Source of the DNA: Patescibacteria group bacterium
GTDB taxonomy: Bacteria > Patescibacteriota > Minisyncoccia > UBA6257 > HR35
Assembly (NCBI GenBank): GCA_025060575.1
Contig: JANXBL010000002.1
Location: forward strand, 1 to 53,965
DNA length: 53,965 nt
Direction: 5' to 3'
Position numbers and translations under genes: made by a program
In this document: positions 43,162-52,216 of the stretch, piece after piece
How the letters are laid out: each line of letters starts with the position of its first letter
How positions within the stretch are numbered: the first letter of the stretch is position 1
The notes under the pieces: model-generated
The model's input: the letters and a program-made list of their open reading frames with translations, nothing else
Database searches by the model: none
What the model was told of the DNA's origin: nothing

Positions 43162-43182
43162 CTTAGATAAAATTAAATTAAT

Positions 43183-43253
43183 GCCCTCGTAGCTTAATGG
43201 AAGAGCAGCTCCGTCCTAAGGAGAAGATGAAGGTTCGATTCCTTCCGGGGGCA
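43183..43253 (+). tRNA. tRNA-Arg (anticodon CCU)
   Basis: GCCCTCG acceptor pairing with CGGGGGC (one G:U pair), anticodon loop GTCCTAA, T arm GAAGG-TTCGATT-CCTTC. Confidence 0.8.
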
Positions 43254-43269
43254 AAATTATTAATTTTAG

Positions 43270-44403
43270 ATGTCAGAGATTTTGATTGCCAATATATTTT
43301 TCTTTTTGTCCTTAGCTTTTATTCTTGGTGCTGGATCAGCCCATTTTTCTGACTATTGGTTTTTAATAAACCTCTTTCTAGTTTTACTTTTTTATTTTCG
43401 CTTTAGGAATTTAAAATTAACCTTAATTTTTTTATTGATTACTTTTCTAGGATCTTTTTATTTTTTCTTAAGACAATTAACTCCTAAAATTACCTTTCAT
43501 ATACCTTCCCCAATTCAAAATTATCGAGCTTTTCTCGAAGATCAAATTAAAAAGAATTTGCCTTTTCCTGAGGAAAATCTCTTTAGAGGAATATTTCTCG
43601 GAGCTAGATTTGACGATAGAGAGGTTCGACAACAATTTATCGATAGTGGGCTAATTCACATAACAGCTGTTTCTGGTCAAAATCTGACGTTAATGTTTTC
43701 GATATTTTACGAGGCACTAAAAAGCTTTTCTATTTTATCGGTTCGATTGATTACCCCTCTTTCTTTAGTTTTAATTATCTTCTTTGTCCTGTTGATGGGC
43801 TTTGAAGGAAATGTTTTAAGAGCTGCTTTGATGGGATTTTTACTGATATTAGCAAAAAATAACTTCGGCAGACTAATTTTAAGAAGAAACATTTTAGTCT
43901 TTAGTTTGCTGATTTTTACCTTAGCTGTTCCTGAGTCGATTTTTGAAGATGTTAGCACTCAACTTTCTTTTTTGGCAATAACTGGTATTCTTTACTTGGC
44001 GCCAGTTATTGAATCTAAACTTAGCTTTTTTTCTCAATTTATTTTTCTCAGGAAAACATTTTCTGAAACTCTATCTGCGCAAATTTTTACTTTACCACTT
44101 ATCCTTTATCGTTTCGGAAATATTAATCTCCTATCACTATTTGCTAATCTTTTAGTTATGCCCCTTGTCCCTTATTTAATGGCTATAGCGAGTATATTTT
44201 TATTTTTGCCCATTAAATTTCTTCTTTTTATTGCTTTGCCTCTTTTAAATTATGTTATCTTTGTAGCCAAAATTTTTAGCCATTCAGTTTTATATTATCA
44301 TTTACCATTGATTGTTGTCTTAGGGATGTATTCAATTTTGCTCATTGAGATATACTATCTGACCAGAGATGAGGCAATTGATTCTAATTTTAATCTTAGC
44401 TAA
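43270..44403 (+). CDS. comEC: ComEC/Rec2 DNA-uptake channel, membrane (competence) domain part
   Basis: Polytopic 377-aa protein with the LIHITAVSGQNLTLMF motif characteristic of the ComEC competence domain. Confidence 0.75.
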   Translation: MSEILIANIFFFLSLAFILGAGSAHFSDYWFLINLFLVLLFYFRFRNLKLTLIFLLITFLGSFYFFLRQLTPKITFHIPSPIQNYRAFLEDQIKKNLPFPEENLFRGIFLGARFDDREVRQQFIDSGLIHITAVSGQNLTLMFSIFYEALKSFSILSVRLITPLSLVLIIFFVLLMGFEGNVLRAALMGFLLILAKNNFGRLILRRNILVFSLLIFTLAVPESIFEDVSTQLSFLAITGILYLAPVIESKLSFFSQFIFLRKTFSETLSAQIFTLPLILYRFGNINLLSLFANLLVMPLVPYLMAIASIFLFLPIKFLLFIALPLLNYVIFVAKIFSHSVLYYHLPLIVVLGMYSILLIEIYYLTRDEAIDSNFNLS

Positions 44404-45160
44404 TCTTTTAAGCTATTCAATAATTTTAGCCTGGTTATTTGAGGACAGATTAGTAGCATTTTTAAATGTCGGTCAGGGTAGTGCAGTGCTAATCAGAAAT
44501 AAAAATAATACCTATCTTTATGACACAGGAAGATCGCCCTATTTACTTTTTAAGGATTTGGACAAGCTCTTGCCTTTTTATCAGAAGAAAATCGACATTC
44601 TATTTATTTCCCATTTTGATAAAGATCATTATGGTTCAGTTTTTGAATTACTAGAACGTTATCAGGTTAGATTGATTGTTTTTAGTACGGAACTTGATTC
44701 TGCTAGCGATGCCGAAAAAATAAAAAGAGCTATTAAAAAAGCCAACATTCCAACCATCTTGCTTGTTCGAGGAAATAGCGTGAGAGATGATTATTTTAAA
44801 TTTATTATTTTGCACCCTTATCGCAAATTTAAAAAGGATAATGATAATTCTTTGGTTATAAAACTGATGGGGAGTAATGATTATCTTTTAACTGGTGATA
44901 TTGAAAGGGCGGGAATAAATGATTTAATAAAATGTTGCTGGCCTTATCTAGGGGCAGATTATTTTCTAGTTCCTCATCATGGTTCTCGATTTTCTATTGA
45001 TGAAAGTTTTTATAAATATATTAATCCTAAAATTTCAATAATTCAAGTCGGTTCCAATTACTATGGACATCCTCATCAAGAGACTATTCTTTCTCTATCT
45101 AAGCATTCTAAGATTATCTGGCGTACAGATTTAAACGGTTCTCTAATTGTAAAGGAGTGA
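44369..45160 (+). CDS. ComEC C-terminal metallo-beta-lactamase domain, encoded as a separate overlapping ORF
   Basis: LNVGQGSAVLI, ISHFDKDHYGS (HxDxDH-like), TGDIE and VPHHGS motifs. It overlaps the previous ORF by 35 nt in another frame. Confidence 0.7.
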   Translation: MRQLILILILANLLSYSIILAWLFEDRLVAFLNVGQGSAVLIRNKNNTYLYDTGRSPYLLFKDLDKLLPFYQKKIDILFISHFDKDHYGSVFELLERYQVRLIVFSTELDSASDAEKIKRAIKKANIPTILLVRGNSVRDDYFKFIILHPYRKFKKDNDNSLVIKLMGSNDYLLTGDIERAGINDLIKCCWPYLGADYFLVPHHGSRFSIDESFYKYINPKISIIQVGSNYYGHPHQETILSLSKHSKIIWRTDLNGSLIVKE

Positions 45161-45166
45161 TTTTTG

Positions 45167-45175
45167 TGATATAAT
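45167..45175 (+). promoter_or_regulatory. Extended -10 box TGATATAAT for rnpB
   Basis: TATAAT at 45170-45175, 6 nt before the first P1 nucleotide of the RNase P RNA. Confidence 0.5.
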
Positions 45176-45180
45176 AATCT

Positions 45181-45512
45181 AAGGGGGAACAGCCAATCGC
45201 TAAAGTTTTTCTTTAGAGGAAAGTCCGGACATCCATTATGGGATAGCACCGAAAGGTGTTAGATCGTTAAGATCTAGAGATAGAAACAGAGACCATACTA
45301 TCCCAGAAGGGAGAAAGGTGAAAAGCTAAGAGGTGTCGAGAGATTTTTCTTTTGGCTACTCTTAGAGTTTGCGAAGAAATTCGCAAACTTTTCTATCTCT
45401 ATCCGGATGCAAGGTCGTGCCCTCTTTCGAGGGAGAACCGCTAGAGGAAGAAAGCAATTTCTTTCGCAGATAGATGATTGGCTGAAACAGAATCCGGCTT
45501 ATGTTCCCCCTT
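45181..45512 (+). ncRNA. rnpB: RNase P RNA (bacterial type)
   Basis: P1: AAGGGGGAAC pairs with GTTCCCCCTT. P2-like: CAGCCAATC pairs with GATTGGCTG. Universal motifs GAGGAAAGTCCGGAC and ACAGAATCCGGCTTA are present. Confidence 0.85.
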
Positions 45513-45523
45513 TTGTTTTAAAA

Positions 45524-46219
45524 ATGGCAGGACATTCTCATTGGGCACAAGTAAAACATAAAAAAGCAGTGGTTGATGCTAAGAGAAGCCAACTCGTCTC
45601 TAAACTTATCAGAGCAATAACCATTGCTGCTCGCGAAAATAACAACATTGAGTCAAATTATAAACTTCGTTCAGCAGTTGAAAGAGCAAAAAATTTTCAG
45701 ATTTCTTTGCAAACTATTGAACGAGCGATCAAAAAAGCCGAAGAATCTTCAGAAAAGTTGGAAGAAATAGTTTATGAAGCTTATTTTGATGAAGTTCAAA
45801 TTTTAATTAGAGCTATTACCGATAATCGAAATAGAACTTTGGGAGAGATTAAGCACATTCTCAATAGATTTAATTGTCGCCTAGCCGAACCAGGTTCAGT
45901 GAAATGGAATTTTCAAGAGAAAGCTAGTGTTGTTTGTGACAGAAAAGACGAAGAAAAAATTTTAGAGTTTGTTGATTATTATGATGATTTGCTAATCCAA
46001 AATGACGATATCTTGTTAATAACAAGTTTGGCAAAACTAAATTCTTTAAGAGAAAAATTAGATGAAGCCGGAATTGAAGTAAAAGATTCTGGGATTGGTC
46101 TAATACCAATATCGACCATAGATATTGATCCTAACAAGAAGGAAATTTTAAATTCTTTAGTCGAACAGCTTCTTAGCTTAGATGACGTAGAGGAAGTTTT
46201 TACCAACCTAAAAACTTGA
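45524..46219 (+). CDS. yebC: YebC/PmpR-family transcriptional regulator / translation factor
   Basis: MAGHSHWAQVKHKKAVVDAKRSQLVSKLIRAI is the canonical YebC N-terminus. The track ORF start at 45407 lies inside rnpB and is rejected. Confidence 0.85.
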   Translation: MAGHSHWAQVKHKKAVVDAKRSQLVSKLIRAITIAARENNNIESNYKLRSAVERAKNFQISLQTIERAIKKAEESSEKLEEIVYEAYFDEVQILIRAITDNRNRTLGEIKHILNRFNCRLAEPGSVKWNFQEKASVVCDRKDEEKILEFVDYYDDLLIQNDDILLITSLAKLNSLREKLDEAGIEVKDSGIGLIPISTIDIDPNKKEILNSLVEQLLSLDDVEEVFTNLKT

Positions 46220-46299
46220 CTTTGGAAATAAAATTAGTAAAAATTAAAGAAACTAAAATTGTCCGAAATGAGTCGTCAATTAAATGATTTTTTTATTTA

Positions 46300-46476
46300 A
46301 TGTCTGTATTTACAATTATACAACAGCAAGAAGAGGAAGATGAATTAATTGAAGGACCGGAAGACGAAGAAGGGCTTGAAGATCTTGAAGATTTTGAAGA
46401 AGAAAAAATGGAAGAAGATGAAGAAATGAATGAAGACGATCTATTTTCTGAAAATTACGACGAAGAAGAAGCCTAA
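46300..46476 (+). CDS. Unannotated small, extremely acidic protein (58 aa)
   Basis: Manual translation: MSVFTIIQQQEEEDELIEGPEDEEGLEDLEDFEEEKMEEDEEMNEDDLFSENYDEEEA. It is below the ORF-track size cut-off and is followed by a GC-rich hairpin. Confidence 0.4.
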   Translation: MSVFTIIQQQEEEDELIEGPEDEEGLEDLEDFEEEKMEEDEEMNEDDLFSENYDEEEA

Positions 46477-46480
46477 AGAT

Positions 46481-46503
46481 AAGCCCCCTTCAGATGGGGG
46501 CTT
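46481..46503 (+). terminator. GC-rich hairpin AAGCCCCC-TTCAGAT-GGGGGCTT
   Basis: 8-bp perfect stem. It is followed by only a single T and then AAAAAA, and it ends 6 nt before the tsaE ATG. Confidence 0.35.
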
Positions 46504-46509
46504 TAAAAA

Positions 46510-46926
46510 ATGAGAGGAGAAGAATTGGTTTCTAATATTGTTTCATTAATCCCCAAGAAGAGAATATTTTTGTTAGAGGGAGAACTAGGAGCTGGTAAAA
46601 CTTTTTTAGTTAAGAAAATTTGTAAAGCTCTTAAAATTAAGGAACCCATCCTTAGCCCAACATTTATTTTGTGGCAGAAATATGAATTTAAAATCGATGA
46701 TAAGAAATTATTTTTGAACCATCTTGATCTTTATCGTGTTAGAGCAAGTGATATTTTAAAAATAGGCCTCAGGAATGAATTGTTTAATAAAAATAACATT
46801 TTTTTAATCGAGTGGGGAGAGAAGCTAAAAAGATTCTTGAAGAAGAATAGTTTAAAATTTGTGGTTATTAAAATAATTCGCTCACATTCCAAGCGAAGTT
46901 ATCTTCTAAAAAATTATGAATTATGA
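46510..46926 (+). CDS. tsaE: tRNA t6A37 biosynthesis ATPase TsaE (YjeE)
   Basis: LEGELGAGKTFLVKKICKAL P-loop, SPTFIL and HLDLYR motifs. Confidence 0.85.
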   Translation: MRGEELVSNIVSLIPKKRIFLLEGELGAGKTFLVKKICKALKIKEPILSPTFILWQKYEFKIDDKKLFLNHLDLYRVRASDILKIGLRNELFNKNNIFLIEWGEKLKRFLKKNSLKFVVIKIIRSHSKRSYLLKNYEL

Positions 46927-49364
46927 GGGTGTTTTTAATTGATGCTAACGCTCTAATTCATCGTTTATACCATGCTTTGCCTAACTTAGGGCAATCAACT
47001 AATGCTATTTATGGTCTAGTTAATTTGCTATTGAAATTTATTCAAGAATATCGGCCAGAATACGTTTATGCTCTCTATGATCGACCAGAGCCTACCCAGA
47101 GACACTTGCTTTTTAAAGAATATAAAGCAACTCGTCCTAAAATATCTGATGATTTGGCACAACAGATCAATCTTTCCAAGGAAGTTTTCGATGTTTTTAA
47201 TATTCGTTACATTGAAAAACCTGGATATGAAGCAGATGACTTGATTGCTTCTTTGAAAAGAAAGTTTTACCTTTCAGTGGATGAAGTATTTATTCTAACA
47301 GGCGATCTGGATACTTTGCAACTAGTTGATGAAAAAACCAAAATAATGATTATGCAAAAGGGCATTAGTCAAGTTAATATTTATGATCAAAAGACAGTCA
47401 AAGATAGATTTGGTGTTTTGCCTTCGCAAATTGTTGATTACAAGGCATTAGTCGGAGATGCTTCAGATAACATTATTGGGATTTCTGGAGTGGGGGAAAA
47501 AACTGCTAGTCAATTACTTCAGAAATTTGGATCTCTTGATGAGATTATCAAAGCTGCCCAGAATGGATTGTTAAGAAAAGATTTAGGTTCTCGAATTTTA
47601 GAGGAGAAAGAGAGACTTTTTTTTAATCGAGAATTAATCACCCTTATAGACAACATTGAAATCAAGGTAGAGTTAGAAAAGTACATAGGCTTTGACAGAG
47701 AGAAACTTGTAGATTTTTGCCACCGATATAATTTTAAAAGTATTTTAAATCGTTTAGGAGTAGGAGAAAGTTCTTTATTTCGGTCCAAAAGATCTGTGGA
47801 AACTGACTCTTTATCTGGCGCCTGTCTCATATTTTCTGAAGGTGAGTACATAAATGTCTTAGCCGAAGAATTTAGAACGAATGCAATCGAAGACATTAAC
47901 TTAATAAAAAAAACTTTTCAAAATACTAGACCGCTCTTTGTTTTTGACTTAAAGAACGTAATAAAAAAAATAATCAAAGATGATCCTTACTTTGATAAAA
48001 AAATAGACTTTAATGAGATATATGATCTTAAGCTTATTTTTTGGTTATTAAATCCAAACAGAAGAAATTTCACTTTCAATGAAGTTATTTTGAATTATGA
48101 TCAAAAAACTTCTTGGCAAGAAGTTGCCAATAATTATATAAATAAGTTAAAGGACTTTGGAATCGAAAAAGTTTATTTCGATTTGGAATTACCCCTTTCT
48201 CCTATTTTAGCTAGGACGGAAAATTACGGCATAAAAGTAGATCCTGATGAAATTAAAAATTATAGAAATCTTTTATTGATAAAAATTAAGGAATTAGAAG
48301 AAAAAATTTATAATTTAGCTGGCGTTAGATTTAAAATTAATTCAACAAAAACACTGAGGGAAATCTTGTTTAACCGCTTGAAAATTGACCCTAAAAAACT
48401 TAGCAAAACTTCAAAAGGTCAAATTTCAACAAAGGAGGAAGACCTCTTAAAGATTGTCAATGATCACCCTATAATTTCTTGCTTAATTGAATATCGCAAG
48501 CTTTCTAAATTAGCAACGACTTATACTGATTCTTTGCTGATTAATTTTGATCCAGCTACTAAGAGAGTTTTTCCTACTTTTATCCAGATTGGAACTAATA
48601 CTGGCAGAATAATAACTGAACAGCCTAATTTACAAAATTTACCAGAAGAGGCCGAAATCAAGAGGGCTTTTATCGCTGAAGAGGGCTATGTTTTTGTCGG
48701 AGCAGATTATTCGCAATTGGAGCTTAGGCTACTTGCTCATTTAAGCCAAGATGAAAATTTACTTTCGGCTTTTTATCAAAAAATTGATATTCATTCTCAG
48801 ACAGCTAAATTAGTTTTTGGCGATGATGATCCAGAAAGCCGAAGAAAAGCTAAAACCATTAATTTTGGCATTGCTTATGGTATAACCCCTCGAGGGTTAG
48901 CTGATCGTTTGCAGATTTCAGTTTCTGAAGCTTCTAAATTGATCTCTCGGTTTTTTTATTTCTATCCTCAAGTTAAGAAATTTAATGAAAGGATGATAGA
49001 TTTTGCAAAAACTTATGGTTATGTGGAAACAATTTTTGGTCGTAAAAAATTTTTACCAGAAATTAGTTCATCATCCTATAAAATTAAGTCGGAAGCAGAA
49101 AGAATGGCTATAAATATGCCCATTCAAGGGTTAGCTGCAGATATCTTCAAAAAGGTTATAATTGAAATTGATCGACATATTTTTGAAAATAAAGTACAAG
49201 CACATCTTGTCTTAGCTATTCATGATGAATTGATTTTTGAAGTGGCTAAAGAAAATAAAAATGAATTCAAAGATTTGCTAAAAAATACCATGGAGAATGT
49301 AATTAAACTCACTATCCCTCTAGAAGTTAAACTAAGAGAAGGGAAAAATTTGGCCGAAATATGA
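46923..49364 (+). CDS. polA: DNA polymerase I (5' nuclease plus polymerase; the 3'-5' exonuclease region lacks obvious DEDD motifs)
   Basis: 5' nuclease: LIDANALIHRLYHA, GYEADD, GDLDTLQL, GISGVGEKTA. Polymerase: ADYSQLELRLLAH, RRKAKTINFGIAYG, QVHDE-like AIHDELIFEV. Confidence 0.9.
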   Translation: MRVFLIDANALIHRLYHALPNLGQSTNAIYGLVNLLLKFIQEYRPEYVYALYDRPEPTQRHLLFKEYKATRPKISDDLAQQINLSKEVFDVFNIRYIEKPGYEADDLIASLKRKFYLSVDEVFILTGDLDTLQLVDEKTKIMIMQKGISQVNIYDQKTVKDRFGVLPSQIVDYKALVGDASDNIIGISGVGEKTASQLLQKFGSLDEIIKAAQNGLLRKDLGSRILEEKERLFFNRELITLIDNIEIKVELEKYIGFDREKLVDFCHRYNFKSILNRLGVGESSLFRSKRSVETDSLSGACLIFSEGEYINVLAEEFRTNAIEDINLIKKTFQNTRPLFVFDLKNVIKKIIKDDPYFDKKIDFNEIYDLKLIFWLLNPNRRNFTFNEVILNYDQKTSWQEVANNYINKLKDFGIEKVYFDLELPLSPILARTENYGIKVDPDEIKNYRNLLLIKIKELEEKIYNLAGVRFKINSTKTLREILFNRLKIDPKKLSKTSKGQISTKEEDLLKIVNDHPIISCLIEYRKLSKLATTYTDSLLINFDPATKRVFPTFIQIGTNTGRIITEQPNLQNLPEEAEIKRAFIAEEGYVFVGADYSQLELRLLAHLSQDENLLSAFYQKIDIHSQTAKLVFGDDDPESRRKAKTINFGIAYGITPRGLADRLQISVSEASKLISRFFYFYPQVKKFNERMIDFAKTYGYVETIFGRKKFLPEISSSSYKIKSEAERMAINMPIQGLAADIFKKVIIEIDRHIFENKVQAHLVLAIHDELIFEVAKENKNEFKDLLKNTMENVIKLTIPLEVKLREGKNLAEI

Positions 49365-50635
49365 GAATTATATTTAAAAAAAATTTTCTATTGAAAATTT
49401 TGAGTTTGATTCTATTAGTAGTTGTGTTTTTATTATTGGGATTTTCCCTCTTTGCTGAAAATTTCAATTTAATAAAAACGATAATTTTCTTTTCCATCTT
49501 AATCATTCTAATCGTTGATTTTTTGAATTTATTTATTTTCATAAGTGAAGATCGAGATAAAAAAGAGGAGAATATTTTTGATTTGCAAAGAAAATTGCTT
49601 GACTCTTTAACTGAGGGATTAGTTGCCTATGATGATTCATTTAAGATAATTTTTGTTAACCGAGCATTCTCTAATTTAGTTGGTCTATCTTCGGAGCACT
49701 TAATAGGTTTAACGGTAGTTCAAGCTATGATAAGAAATGAAAAATATAGAAAACTAGCTAATATTTTCTTTCCCTTCCTGGAAGGAGAGGAGATAAAAAT
49801 TGTTTCTAAAGAGCCAGAAATAATTGAGGTTAAATTTAGATTTCCTGAAGAGAGATATTTTTTGATCTCTTATATTGATTTAGTCAAGGAAGCAAAGTTT
49901 AAATTGAGATTAGTTTTTGATAGGACTCAGGATGTTTTGGACAACAGAAGAAGAACTGAATTTTTCCAATTCTTGAGTCATAGTATTTTAACTCCTCTTA
50001 ATGAAATTAAATGGCTTCTCGAATCTTTTAATACTAAAAATTTTGACGCCGAAAATAAAGAAGTATATGATTCTGCCCTGGATATTTTAAAAAATAGCAT
50101 TATTTTTTTCGAAATGATTATTTCCAGTCTTAAGATGGAATCAGAACAATTAACCCTTAATCTAGATAAAATAGATATTAATCAGGTAATTATTAATGTG
50201 GTTGATATTCTTAAAGAGCAGATTAGATTGAAGAATCTAAAGGTGACCATTGAGGTAAATGAACAAATAAAGACACTCCCTGCAGATCCTAGTTTGTCAT
50301 TGTTAACGTTCTATTCATTAATCGAAAATGCTGTTATTTACAACAAAGAGGGAGGGAGCATTAAAATAGGAGTTGAAAAAATGTCGAGCCAGCCTTATGT
50401 TTCAATTACCATTGAGGATACCGGTATAGGGATGAGCGAAGAGGAGCTAAGCAGTCTTTTCCAAAAATATTATCGAGGGTCAAGAGCAATCGATAAAAAA
50501 CCCAAAGGATTTGGTATTGGTCTCTATATGGCAAAAAATATCATCAAATTGCATGGTGGTGATATTAAAATTCAGTCACAATTAGATAAAGGAACTAAAA
50601 TAACTATTCTTTGGCCAACAAAAATTAATGTGTGA
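49361..50635 (+). CDS. Sensor histidine kinase (TM, PAS-like, HisKA and HATPase domains)
   Basis: Two N-terminal TM helices, H-box FLSHSILTPLNEI, N-box IENAVIYNKEGG, G-boxes EDTGIGM and GFGIGLYMAKNIIKLHGG. Confidence 0.85.
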   Translation: MRIIFKKNFLLKILSLILLVVVFLLLGFSLFAENFNLIKTIIFFSILIILIVDFLNLFIFISEDRDKKEENIFDLQRKLLDSLTEGLVAYDDSFKIIFVNRAFSNLVGLSSEHLIGLTVVQAMIRNEKYRKLANIFFPFLEGEEIKIVSKEPEIIEVKFRFPEERYFLISYIDLVKEAKFKLRLVFDRTQDVLDNRRRTEFFQFLSHSILTPLNEIKWLLESFNTKNFDAENKEVYDSALDILKNSIIFFEMIISSLKMESEQLTLNLDKIDINQVIINVVDILKEQIRLKNLKVTIEVNEQIKTLPADPSLSLLTFYSLIENAVIYNKEGGSIKIGVEKMSSQPYVSITIEDTGIGMSEEELSSLFQKYYRGSRAIDKKPKGFGIGLYMAKNIIKLHGGDIKIQSQLDKGTKITILWPTKINV

Positions 50636-50639
50636 TTTA

Positions 50640-50648
50640 TGATATAAT
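50640..50648 (+). promoter_or_regulatory. Extended -10 box TGATATAAT, 9 nt before the gltX ATG
   Basis: TATAAT at 50643-50648, ATG at 50658, no Shine-Dalgarno sequence between them. Confidence 0.45.
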
Positions 50649-50657
50649 TTAATTTTG

Positions 50658-52097
50658 ATGACTAATGTTAGGGTCAGATTTGCTCCCTCACCAACTGGCT
50701 ATCTTCATTTAGGGAGTGCCAGGACTGCTCTTTTTAATTTTCTTTTCGCTCGTTCTCAAGGTGGTACTTTTTTGGTGCGCATTGAGGATACTGATCGGGA
50801 AAGGTCAAAAAAAGAGTTTGAAGAGGATATTTTTGAGAATTTAAAATGGTTAGGGATAGATTGGGATGAGGAAGTGCTAAAACAAAGTGAGAGGACACAA
50901 ATTTATCGGGGGATAATCGAAGAGTTGATAAAAAAAGGATTAGCCTATTATTGCTTTTGCTCTAAAGAAGAGTTAGAACTTAGGCATCAAGAACAACTAA
51001 CACGAGGAGAAACTCCTAGATATCCAGGAACATGCAGAAATTTAACCCCGGAGGAAGCTCTCAGCAAAAAAAAAGAGCAAAACTATGTTATTAGATTAAA
51101 AACTCCTGAAAGACAGATTACTTTTAAAGATTTTTTAAGGGGAGAGATTAGGGCTGATTACCGTCAGATAGGTGACTTTGTAATTGCTAAAAAGGAAGAC
51201 GAACCTTTGTATGTTTTAGCAAATACTGTAGATGATTATTACCAAGGAATTACTCATGTTATTAGAGGCGAAGAGTTTATCTCAACTACTCCTCGTCAAT
51301 TATTACTCTATAAGTATTTAGAATGGCCTTTACCTATTTTTGTTCATCTTCCTTTAGTTCTTGGTCAGGATAGGAGCAAGCTTTCCAAAAGACACGGGGC
51401 CAAAAGCATTAAAGAATATCGACAAGAGGGCTATTTACCAGAAGCAATCTTAAACTTTATTGCCTTACTAGGTTGGCATCCAGAGGGAGATGAAGAAATA
51501 ATGTCTTTAGGGGAGATGATTAAAAAATTTAAGTTGGAAAAATTAAATAAATCGCCGGCGATTTTTAATATTTCCAAGCTTAATTATTTTAATAGATTCT
51601 ACTTAAAAAATAAAAAACCAGATGATATTATAGAGTTGATTGATTTTAGCCAGCATGGTCAATGGTTAGGTAATGAGTTTAAAGCCAAAAACGGCGTATC
51701 TTATTCTAGGGAAAAAGTTTTAAAGATTATTGAACTTGGCAAAGAAAGGGCCTCTTTTATAACTGAAATTCTAGCCACAGTTAATTTTTTCTTTGAAGAC
51801 TTTGATTATCCTGCTCAGTTGTTAATTTGGAAAGATTCTTCATTTGAAAAGATTAAGGAAAACTTGAATTTTATTAAGGAAAGGTTAGAGAAATTATCTA
51901 GCGATCATTTTAATTCTGAGAAAATCAAGGCGATTCTCGATGAAATGTCTTCCCATAATAAAGGAGAGTTTTTCTGGCCTTTAAGAGTGGCTCTTTCTGG
52001 CAAAGATGCTTCTCCTCCTCCTTTTGAGTTAGCAGATGTTTTTGGTAAAGAGAGAACTTTAGCATTGATAGACAGGGCAATCGCTAAGCTTATTTAA
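50658..52097 (+). CDS. gltX: Glutamyl-tRNA synthetase
   Basis: RVRFAPSPTGYLHLGSARTALFN (HIGH region) and KLSKRHG (KMSKS-like). The track start at 50655 is TTG; ATG follows at 50658. Confidence 0.9.
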   Translation: MTNVRVRFAPSPTGYLHLGSARTALFNFLFARSQGGTFLVRIEDTDRERSKKEFEEDIFENLKWLGIDWDEEVLKQSERTQIYRGIIEELIKKGLAYYCFCSKEELELRHQEQLTRGETPRYPGTCRNLTPEEALSKKKEQNYVIRLKTPERQITFKDFLRGEIRADYRQIGDFVIAKKEDEPLYVLANTVDDYYQGITHVIRGEEFISTTPRQLLLYKYLEWPLPIFVHLPLVLGQDRSKLSKRHGAKSIKEYRQEGYLPEAILNFIALLGWHPEGDEEIMSLGEMIKKFKLEKLNKSPAIFNISKLNYFNRFYLKNKKPDDIIELIDFSQHGQWLGNEFKAKNGVSYSREKVLKIIELGKERASFITEILATVNFFFEDFDYPAQLLIWKDSSFEKIKENLNFIKERLEKLSSDHFNSEKIKAILDEMSSHNKGEFFWPLRVALSGKDASPPPFELADVFGKERTLALIDRAIAKLI

Positions 52098-52197
52098 AAA
52101 ATATTTATTAGCTGTTGAGACAAGTTAGAAATAGAATTTATCTTTTTTCTTTTTGATTATATTTAGGAAGCTTCAAAAATCCAATCAAGACCTATTA

Positions 52198-52206
52198 TGA
52201 TATAAT
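52198..52206 (+). promoter_or_regulatory. Extended -10 box TGATATAAT, 10 nt before the ATG of ORF 52217
   Basis: TATAAT at 52201-52206, ATG at 52217. Confidence 0.4.
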
Positions 52207-52216
52207 CTTATAGAAG

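Noticed and set aside
45407-45523. N-terminal extension of the YebC ORF (MQGRALFRGRTARGRK...)
   Set aside because: This stretch is the 3' half of the RNase P RNA (ACAGAATCCGGCTTA and P1 closing GTTCCCCCTT). The canonical YebC N-terminus MAGHSHW starts at 45524.
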